Below, in pieces: positions 53,101 to 64,000 of a stretch of DNA of 64,000 bases. How positions within the stretch are numbered: the stretch's first letter is position 1; the number at the start of each line of letters is the position of its first letter. The notes beneath the pieces are model-generated. The model searched no databases and was not told the origin of the DNA. It worked only from the letters and a program-made list of their open reading frames with translations. Source of the DNA: Azolla caroliniana (lineage: Eukaryota > Plantae > Polypodiophyta); NCBI GenBank assembly GCA_043228905.1, contig JBHGNT010000001.1:34658001-34722000 (forward strand), in the 5' to 3' direction. Position numbers and translations under genes: made by a program.

Positions 53101-56100
53101 GAACCACATGAAAAAATTGACCTGTAACAACTCCCAAGTTAGAAGCCAGAGATTGCACAACTGCTCCTGCTATGGTTGCTATCAGAAGTACCCAAAGAAG
53201 CTGCAACACCAATTGAATTAAATCAATCAAAATGGAACACATCTCCTATATTCACATCAGTGATGTTGTGAATAGCATTCAATTACCTGTCTGAACATAA
53301 CTGTTCGGTTCTATAACAGTATACTATCTCTTTTGTTCATACTTATACACTTTGCTGCAGTCATGCATCTCGCGCATATTTTTGATGCCACTCATGATGT
53401 GTATAGCCTAGATCAAGGTCACAAATTCACTATATCTATGCAAAGTTTCACCAACTCTGCCTCCCTCTCGTTCTTTTATAATGGATTACTAGCATCTACA
53501 TTATGGCAACATTAAGATGGTGATGCAATATTCATGACCAGTATTGTGACCTGACAGCAAGGATCGAATTTGTTATATTATCATCTCTAATGAGATGTTT
53601 CAGAGGTTAAGTGCATGCGCATGTTTTTGTCAAAATTGAAAAAGTAACTCTCATCAGAGTGGAAATTTGAACTGCTTGTATTCCTACGTTCAAATTCCAT
53701 GTGCAACTTTAAAATACCTTAGCTGTAGGTGTGGGAAATGTGGGACAAGATGATGACTTTGACTGAGCGGGCAAGATGAATTGGAGGGAAAGAAAACCGT
53801 GATTTCGATGAATTTCATTGCCTTTGCAGCCTAGCTCCTTTAAAGTTCCATACATACATGTGAGGTAGTGATAAATGCAAAATTATTTTCTTGATTTATT
53901 GATCTTCTCTTTAGGAAGAGGGGTAATTTCTTAGTCCAGAAAATAAAGTCAGGTTGTTAACAGAGTCCAGTAGACTTTCAGGCAGGAAAAGACACAGAAA
54001 ATGATTAAATATCCTTCCAAAAATGAACAATGCAACAATTTACATTAATCTGGATTCTGATTAAAATTTTATAGTTTTACTAGTGCTATAGGTGTTTTTC
54101 TAAATCTTAAATCAGGTAAAGTTTGCATACCTCAAACTTATATTTTGCACCAGCTTGAAGGTCACTTTCAACTAAAATTTCATGAAGATGAGACAATATC
54201 AAAACTTTTGTTTTATTGTGTTCCCAGAAGCAAATCGAAGTGAGTGGATGAAAACTTTCATTTATTCTTTGACTTACAATTTCCAGGGTCCATGTATGCA
54301 ATAGAAACAAGAAACCCTGGTCCAGCATATGCAAAAAGCTTCCTCAAACCTCGGTTCTGCAAATATTAAAGACAGAAAATGTTGTATATTCAAAAGTTTC
54401 TTAGACTCGCACATAGTTTTATTATCCTGTAGTTTTGCTTAAACGATTTCCAAGTCTAGAAATGGGGAACATTTAGTTCTAACAAATGCTTCCCAATAGA
54501 AAGAATTTATGTGATCCTATAGTTAAAGACATATTACGCCTCTTGGACTTGTTTTCTGGGTATTAAACAGAAAATACTCTAAACACTTATTTATGCCTCT
54601 TGGACTTGCTTTCTGGGTATCAAACAAAAAATACTCTAAACACTTGTCTACGGCTTGTCAAAGCCATTGAAATCAAAATTTGGACAACCCTATTTGCATC
54701 TTACTTATGCATTGACATCAAAGTTTGGAAAACTCCAAACAAGGGTAAAACTACAATTATTTAATCGTCAACATGTTTTACATGTAAAAAACATGAGCAG
54801 AAAGCTGAGAGAGAGAAAGAGACAGAGCCGAGAAGAACTATACCTGAGTGTCTTCAAAAGGGCAAAATACAAAATGACTAGGAATTGCATGATGAAGTCT
54901 CCACGAAACCAAGGTTTTAATCGCATGCTCTTGAGCCTTGACCAATAAATACGTGTCCCAACCCACAAAGGATACCCAAAAGAAAGGACTGGCATGCAGT
55001 CATGAATTTTAGGACCATCTCAACTCACCTAGATCCCAAACCAGAGGCATAGTGGTTTCCAACTCCAAAGGTGCCATTCATGAAGTTTCCCAGGATTCAC
55101 ATGGGGTTCAAATATTCTTGCTTCCCCTAGGGACCTAATCACCCAGTCCATGTCCAATGTCCAATGTCCATAGAAGGTATTATCCTTGTGTATTTATAAA
55201 ATCAGAAATTTTGGGCAGAAAAATAATGGCAAAATCCATTGTGAATCATCCTTCAAAATGTTTTACCATGCAGGAGGTCCCATAGGCAATATCAGGGTGG
55301 AAACACGCCTACAATACCTTCATGCAGTGACAAGTGTAATGAACTTTACATCCCAAGAACAAGTACAGGTCTACTGCAAAGGAGGGTATACACCTGCATA
55401 GTCAACAGTCCTGAAAATCTCCGATTTTGCTGCTCCAATCAGTCAAAAAGGAAGATGTTTAATAAACTTTAAGCAAAGTATGTTTACTAGCCCATGCACC
55501 TGACGGTGGCTCAAATTTCACTCTTCTCACTATTTTACTGGGTGAACCTGTTGAATGTAGGATTTAAATGCATAGCCTGGCCTCCACCAGACAACCTTAC
55601 CAGCTGAGCTATATCCCTCCTCTTTCACTCCTTATTTCATCTGCTCTATATAGAAATTTCATGACCTTCAGCTTCAAGAAATTTCATGGCCTAAGCCTTC
55701 AACCTTGCAATCATTGTTTATATGTAGAAAACAGGGTCGTATATTATGCATACCGAAATTCCTTCAAAATTGCCATCCGTCCTAATTCTGACTGAAGTAA
55801 AAATCACAGTATATACATTCTGACTGAAGAAACTCAGCATGGCTATATCCCCCAAAGAGAAATGTTTTGTGCTTCTTGAGAAAATTACATGGTAAATTCA
55901 TCCTTATTTCTCGATTACTACAATATTACCATTTTTCTTTCTTTCTCAAGGATGACCAAGAGCATTTTGGGAAACAGCACAAACTTGTGAGTACTGCATA
56001 GTTTGTCTCTTACGCTTAAAACACTAGTGTTACGATCTCTTTTTGTGGGTGCAGTTACATTGTAGCAGGTAAGGAGTGATGTTACTTTGACAATCAAGGG

Positions 56101-58160
56101 AAACCTATCAGATACCCCACATTAAGTAACATATGGTAGAGGAACAAGTTATTGTGTATCACCTGCTTCAAGCACAAGATTATGACGTCGATAAATACTA
56201 GAGATAGGTCCATTAATATAGGTTAATTCTAGATGACCATATCCAGAAACATAACCTAAGGTTGGATTTATAAAGAGCTAGCTTAGTTTGGAAGGTGTGA
56301 CACCTCATTTTCCTTGTACTACAGAATCATATAAGCATCTCACGTGAAATTTATATCATTCTGTACTATTTCCAATAGCACACCTTTGCACATCTGATTT
56401 GTCCTATAGACCAATCTGGCCTTAATAATAAGTGTTAAACTTGTTTCCCTTTTTTCTCTTTATCACCTCTCTATCAAGAGAGGTTCCTAGAGTGCAACAA
56501 TGTGATGATGGGTTCCTTGAGCTTCTTAGTGTACACAATCTCCAACCAAGGCATGTGCTAAATGCCTTTAACATGAGACTTAAGGTGAGATGCCTACCAC
56601 TAAACAAGGTACTAATCTTCTTGACATATAGGTTCCTACTTGCTTGAAAGCCTATTACCAAAACTTTGTCAAAGATCGCCACAGCAGAGTAGTACCTCAC
56701 TATAAATGCCAAAATCCAATATTCACTCAACAATGTTAATACTATAATCCTCAAAAAAATTCAAATGTCAGAAGAACCATGTTAAGTACAGGTACGTGAA
56801 GGATCTACAAGGCTAGGCAAAAGATGAGACACCAGGAGTGGAAGTGGGAGTGGAAGTCGGAGTGGGAGTAGGAGTGAGGTGGGGGTGGGGGTGATTGTGG
56901 ACGAACAATGCTCGTGAACAACTTAACTATTGCTAAATTCCAAGGTCTTATACTTCTAAGGAAGTACTAAATGGAAACATCTGAAGAGATTTGAGATCTT
57001 CCCAAGCCATGATGGTATAATGACGGCACAGGATAGAAGACAGAGGCTATTCAGTTCCATTGTGCGTTGGACAGAGAACACATCCGCACCCGGAGATTAG
57101 CGTGATGTCAATTGCTTAATTTGGATCGTGATTCTCACACCGCACATGATGGTACAACAATGGCACAGGATGGAGGACAGAGACTATTCACTTCCATTGT
57201 GTGTCAGACAAATGACACATCAGTATCCAGAGATTAACTTGATGATGTCACATCAGCATACCCACAATGAGGGTCGCATCATAATCAGTGGAACTTAAGA
57301 AGCTTGTGAAACCTCAGCAGTCAAATAATTACATGCCTTTGGCATCACAAGATGTCGTTGACATCTATAAATTGAAGATGAAAATGGATGGAGTTAAATT
57401 GATTAGTTATCACTTTCTTTTGTTGTACTGCACACAGAATCATCATGTTCGTTTTTCCTCTCATTATGATGGAAAATTGAGGTGATCTAAACTGATTCTT
57501 AAACCCAATTCCAAGTTTCTGTAACCCTATTTCCTTTTCCGAAATTTTGCATTAGCATGACCCTGCCAAATTCTGCAAATTTGAAGAAAAGGAAAAATGA
57601 GAAACTGATTTTTCTATTTCTTAGAAAACTATCCACATCGATTTCTTGGTAACCATATCCTTTGTTCTCCCTATATCTCTTTATTGGCATGATCTGACAC
57701 CTGAAATGTCTGAAAAAACTTTAAAAACTTCAGATTGGATGAGTAGAACAAAAAGAGATATCCCACACTTATTTCTCAATAATCCTAAGCTTAATGATTA
57801 CTAAGATGTTTGCATTATCATGATCTTCTAAGTTCTGAGATGTCTGTTATATTCCTGATAACCCTAACCGTACCCCTAATGCTTTTGAAAAACGTTGGCC
57901 AATACCATGATCATCTGAGGCCTGAGCTGTCTGCTAAGACCTCATAAAAACAGAACATTTAGAGTAGAAAGGATGAGAAAAAGAAACACGCAGAGAGGGA
58001 GAGATTATTATTATGATTGTATTGTTATTATTATTACCAGAGGAATCTCTACTTGCAAGTCTTTGACAGGATCACCTTTGTGAAGACCAGAAGAGTCTTC
58101 TTGATTGACAACAGGTTCATAGCGTGATCTATTGGGCGGTCCTTCCTTCTCGGGTTCCAT
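50126..58160 (-). CDS. NRAMP: NRAMP divalent metal transporter (NRAMP1/6-type, 13 exons), about 541 aa; exons 58038-58160, 54278-54356, 54131-54171, 53122-53200, 52890-52994, 52707-52816, 52429-52610, 51571-51640, 51313-51486, 51114-51218, 50883-51014, 50623-50718, 50126-50455
   Basis: [15 protein letters not shown] (metal site), [26 protein letters not shown], transport motif [20 protein letters not shown] and [14 protein letters not shown]. Spliced frame is open (1626 nt). Confidence 0.96.
57008..57237. repeat. Diverged two-copy tandem duplication (period about 137 bp) in NRAMP intron 1
   Basis: catgatggta...ggcacaggat...ctattca.ttccattgtg...gagatta starts at 57008 and 57145. Confidence 0.8.
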
Positions 58161-58264
58161 GGAGAGAGAGAGAGAGAGAATCAGGAAACACCGTGAGGGG
58201 GCGTGGTGTTTTCTTTTTCTCTGCCGTGACTATTTCCTACAAGAGGAACAGAAATACAAAGATG

Positions 58265-58296
<32 letters not shown>

Positions 58297-61200
58297 GAAG
58301 ATCTTGGGACCTCGACAATTTCTTTCCCAAACACTTACACTTCCAACTCATTGAAAGCTTTTAGTTTACACACTTCCTGAGTCTGTGTCTCTTTGTGTGT
58401 GTGGGTGTGTGTGTGTGAGAGAGAGAGAGAGAAAGAAAGAAAGAGAGAGAGAGATATAGAGAGTAGCCAGTGTCCGGACTCGATCCATGCGCCTTTGTGT
58501 TCCAGTTCTGTGATGTACCTGTATTGTCTTATTCTTTGATTTGATCGTTCCATATCACCCCCACCTCCCTCTCCCAGTTAATGGTTTGTGTCACTATTGC
58601 TTATGGTGCGCCTGGATATTGTGTGTAGAAAAAAAGGCCAAATGATGCTCTCGTATCCTCTAAGATGTTTCCCAATTAATGGTTTGGGTACAGGGTTCAT
58701 ATGACATGTAGCTTGGCATTTGAAATTTCCAGTTGTCGCCACAAAGTGACCCCCAAATGCATGATGCGACCTCAAGTTATGTTGAGAAGAATGATTAAAA
58801 AAAGTTAAGTGTATGAAAAATTTGAGAAAAATGTTGGAATCGTTAACACACCAAACAATTTGGGATCTTGGTGATCCCGTCACTGAAGTGACCCCATAGG
58901 TTGAGTCCCAATAACCAAATTGATAACAAATGCATGAGTTTGCAATATCGATCATCTAGAATCTAGATCATATGTATGTCTTTGATTATTGGGTAATGTA
59001 TATTGTCCTTGAAGTGTTTATCGTTGTAGATAAGGGCACACTTTTTCCAAGTGTGACCAAGGAAGCAACTACATGCATTTTGTTTGATTAATGACTTGTG
59101 GTGCCAAAAGCAACATAAACTCACCGAGTTGCAAATGCGAGTAGTGAGAGATAAACCTTAGTTCAACACAACCACTATGTAGGCAATGAGAATAAGGAAT
59201 GGTCCTTCAAAACAAAAGAGATGGCAATCCTCTTCACAATCAAGGTGTTTAATTGAGATTTGTACAACAAAATATTGTAGTATATGGTTTGGAAGGGTAA
59301 CATTTATTGACCAAAGTAGGTTGCACAAAGCTCTTACTTTATTTATCATGATGTAGTGTTCTTGCATTTAAAAGTAGGTTGACACATTGCTTTTCTACCA
59401 AGATTTGAGGGTTTGAACAATTATTTACATTCATGTTTTGTTTCACAACCATAGATCACTTAATTATCCACGTCTAAGAATGTCTAAGAGAGTGGTAATG
59501 TTGTTATAATCGCGATGTTCAACGTGCTTGACATGCATTCATTCCAATTGTGGTTGAGAAAAGTTGCACCTCAAACTATATTATTGCCTTGTTTGCAGTC
59601 CAATATCATTTTTATCAAGTATTCATACGTGTGGATAGTCATTCTAAAGGCCTAACATTGCCAACAAATACTTATTGATTCACAATATGTTAGCACTCGA
59701 GACATGACCAAAAGATGAGGTAGATTGTCCTTGGGGTCTTGTGTATTTGACTCAAGCTTATGACATGAGAATGTCTTGAACAAATTCAATGTCCTAATAT
59801 ATAAAGATGACAATTTGTGTTATAAACACCACCACGTTTGATAGGCTAAATGTAAGGACCGACAATAATGCTTGTAATACTCTATTATTAGCCAAATGAG
59901 ACACGCTATGGATGCACTCTCATCAAACTACTATAAACTTAGTACCGTAAGAAATGGATCATGGTTGTGGCCTCATGTGAGCGATGTAACCTTTAAAACG
60001 TTGTCTTAACTTAGAATGTAGGTTGGAAATCGCTTTTGCACTATTGGGAATGATAGTTATAACTTATCATTTATCATCGGGTCCCCCACATTATTGATGC
60101 ATATATCAAGCCTTATACAACCAACCACAATGTTTCCATACTTCTTTCATCACATGCACCCTACTCTCAGGAGACTCTGGCTTAGGTTGACTTTAAAGAT
60201 AGCCATCGTGGTTTTTAAAACACGTGGATCGTGCTTAACTTTGGTTAGCATAAGAGAACAAAACTAAAACTTTGACCTATTTCTAACTATTGTTATTACA
60301 TCACAAAACGTAATGTGCAATTCGATCTTCAAGTGACCGAATATATGGTATCCATCAAGATCCGATAAAAGTATAACCCGAGTCAAAGTTTAACCGTGTG
60401 TAGGAAAATATTCTACCTTTAACCTTTTTCCAAGTTTTAAAGGTGCCCTCTACCATCATTATATATAAATAGGAGATTATGTGATATTGTTCTCTCTCCG
60501 TCTATATGGAATCAATTGAAAAGGTACTCTAGGGTCAATTGTCACTCTCAAACATTGTTAGGCATATAAGTATCTTCTGTACTCTCTAGTCAAAATTATC
60601 TAGGAGCTAGATGTAGGAAGAAAGTCTCACCTTTTCTCTACCTAACAGTGTGTATGGATCTTTTGAAATGTGAGATTTCTTAGTATATAACCACACATTT
60701 TATATTTTTCTTTTCGAATCTAACCTTACTAGTTTGCTTCGTATATGTTGTATGTGCACCTATTCGTAGACCTACAATTCCTTCACAAAAGATTATGTTC
60801 GATTTTTTGGCCATCTTAAAATGAATTGTGAGTGATTGGATGCATAATATGATCAAGATGGATCCACACGACAATGTTTATGTTGTGAGGAAACGATTAT
60901 ACATATTCAATACCTTGTGGGCATCTTTCTTTGTTGCTCTTTTATCATTACCACTCCATGCATTTCCCTAATATCCCTTCCCATATGTGAATCACGTTTT
61001 GTTCAAACATTGCACCTATGCATTAGCATAATTAATTTACTTATTATAGGCCTAAATTCAATTTTCTTTGATTATTTCGGGGCAACATTGTGGAGTTATC
61101 CCATTTATTAAACCATACACTTACAAACTCAAATCTTATAAACCTTGCTAACTTATTTGATGACCTAGGAGAGTTAGGGTTGGACATTGACTTAGTTACC

Positions 61201-63351
61201 TCCTCAAGATTGTGTGAAAAAAATCCATAAAAGTGAGCGAGGATATTTGATATATGAGTTTATATCTTATTGTTAATTTTAAAGGAAAATATGTAAAATT
61301 TTCTTGCTCGTACATTTTTTAATAGACATGTCCCTTAGGTCAATTACTTAGTTAGGCACATGCACTATGAATCACTAATTTTATACAATAAATAATGGCT
61401 CATACAATTGCACACAACAATCCTTACTATCATTACCTATGAATAACAATGATATCATTCTTCAACCCTCATGTTATGAAAAAATGGTGATCAAGAAAAA
61501 CTTTATGTTCGTGTTGTGTTGCTTACGTGAGGCAAATATTGTTTACAACAATGGTAAACTATATAATGTGTCTATTCATCAATATTTAAATAGTCTTTCA
61601 AGATAAACAATGTTTGGGAGGAGCACCCATCCTTCTAGAATATTTTATCATGTTGATAAAAGTATAATGATAAAAGGTTGTGAGAATAAAAATTCACAAT
61701 AACAAAGACCTATTACGAGGTGGTGGTACATTCTAATCACCTAGATAATTAATAATTAGAGATCAAGCATTGATTCCTTTGTCCTTCAATTTGGACCTTA
61801 GAACAACCTTTAATAAGTGGTTATCGAAACTTTAATAGCATAACATGACTAAAATTGAATTACTGAGACCATTGTTGGGCATTTGTCTAGGTAGATCATT
61901 TGCAAGTGCTTGCATAGATCATATGATTGGATTTATATATGTGTACAAAATTGAATATCAGAAATTCATGTAAATTAATGAAATATATGGTTATAGTGAA
62001 TAATATACATTTATAATGGCACTTGTTCACATCTCTTTAGGTTTGTGCAACATTGTTTTTCAACTCATGGGGAATGTCGTTTGGTGAGTCTGTAATAGTT
62101 GTGTTACTTAATTATGGACGGAATCTCTCATGTATGAGGGTGATCTTTTAACCAAGATCGGTGAGCTTTTAGAAGTTCAAAATTTATGTGTCCATAACCC
62201 ATGCATACCATGATGCATCTAAATGCATCCATGTCCCAAAAATGAAATACATTCCCCACCCTTCCACCACATATACAACCCAGAAATCTCCTAATTGTAT
62301 ATAAATTCTAGGTGAAATCAATTACATATCTATGTAGCTAGAATCCGACAATAAACAAAAACATCATTTCACAGAATTAGCATAAAACCAACTATTTCAT
62401 ACCATTCACACAAACCATTTGCCTTGCAATACAATGAACAAGAATCCACACCATTAGTCAAGGATGTTGGAGAACCAAGAAGAGGATATGAAAATGGGCA
62501 GTGGTGGGAATCAGTCAATGTGCACATGACAGCGAGACCATACAAGGGATGAGAAGGAGAGTGGATTTAGGCGAGGGGGATTTGTGCTGTAGAAATTGAC
62601 AAATAAAGTAAGAAGAGAATATTAGGAGAATGGACAACAAGATATGGCAATGATTGCATCATTTGTTGAGGACATATACTTTGTTGTTTGACAAGCATAC
62701 CATTCATTTATGGAGGATGTTTGCCAACACATATAGTTTGTCGAGATTTTTTGGAGAGAGAGCAAAATGTTATGCGAGTGTGCAATGGGAGTAATGAGTG
62801 GATGGGTGGAAGATAGGACGAAAGTGATAGCAGATGAGGGTATGAGAAGCATAACATACTTGAGCAAGAGGAATTTGCGAAGTAGGATTTGAGAACCAAA
62901 GTTGAAATAGACAAGAGACATGAGAATGCAATGAAGAAAAGAAAGAAAGACAAAGCAACATGACAAAGGATAAATCAAGTATTGGCAAAATGTTCACGAG
63001 CTTACCTTACAAATTTTCTAATTAATGCAATGGAACATGTTTTTTTCCCTACATTGACAAATATTAGAGTAGTTATATCTTTGTTGATTATGAAAACTTG
63101 AATGATTCATTGCGAGCTTATGGTCACTTTACTTATATTGACCTCAGAGTAGAAATGTGTTGTATTGAAAGAACATTTTTGGACAATAGTACGCAAACTC
63201 GCAAAGCAGAAAAAATAACTTATCTCATGTTACAATTGTCAACCTTCTATTTTTAATTGGATTTCTTAATGTGGCCCTTCTATTTTAATTGACATTTCTT
63301 TAATTTGGCTCACATTGTATTAATAGCTCTTGCTAAGATTTATAAGTGATT

Positions 63352-63390
<39 letters not shown>

Positions 63391-64000
63391 TATATATATA
63401 CATGTTTCTAAAGAAAGAGGCATCCATCACATGTGATTTGCATGCAATGTCTAATTAACTCTTAATATTATATTGAATTGATTAATAAAATAAATGTTCT
63501 TTTGAGTAAGGGTACATTTAACGCTTCTAGAAAATACACCGAGGATGTGGATATTTCGTGGAACATAAATGCTAGTTTTGTGAAAAGATCATATCATACC
63601 TAATGCTTTGTGAAAAGATTATATCATACAATATACTTCATGCTTTACAATAATGTCAAGTTCAAATCTTTATATTAAGTGGATTAACATTGCTTACCCT
63701 TTTGACTAATATTATATGTTGTGCTTCCTTAGTGTACAGAGAGGAGGGGCAGAGGGTGCAGTTATTGCACTTGTCTTTAGCTACATTTTATATTAAAGTT
63801 AATTAGTACCCTATCGGCTACAACTGTGATTTAGTGCATAGTTTTATTCTTCATTGTGTATAAGTAATTCCCGAACAATCTTCTTCGCAAGTAGATTGAT
63901 ATGCATACATTCAATACTTTTCGAAACACACGAGTAGGATGAGGTATGTTTTTTAGTGCATATTTGTTTATATCAAGTTGCTCAATACCTACGAATTCCT

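Noticed and set aside
877-58160. The seven genes as a biosynthetic or functional gene cluster
   Set aside because: The functions are unrelated (acylation, chlorophyll synthesis, plastid movement, translation, signalling, RNA binding, metal transport). There is only one specialised-metabolism enzyme and no scaffold or tailoring partner.

Overview
Eukaryotic land-plant nuclear DNA, AT-rich and gene-dense, with GT-AG introns and many (AG/CT)n microsatellites. The PLS-type PPR style, the LINE remnant and the protein divergence suggest a non-seed plant, probably a fern (inference, not shown). Seven protein-coding genes were reconstructed by hand, and each spliced model gives an open frame: a BAHD acyltransferase (+), Mg-chelatase H subunit CHLH/GUN5 (+), CHUP1 (-), valyl-tRNA synthetase (-), an EDR1-like B3 Raf kinase (-), an intronless PLS-E PPR protein (+) and an NRAMP1/6-type metal transporter (-). 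Introns and spacers hold a LINE 3' remnant, a hAT-like MITE with an 8-bp target-site duplication, a TRIM/LTR-like relic with a tRNA-type primer site, and many two-copy tandem duplications of 55-210 bp. I found no rRNA, tRNA or CRISPR features and no convincing new multi-gene system. The best leads are modest: a CHLH whose transit peptide is split over three mini-exons and which has a divergent segment, a PPR with no DYW domain or obvious targeting peptide followed by a decayed copy of its E-domain, a strong-context uORF in a duplicated EDR1 leader, and the recurrent intronic tandem duplications.
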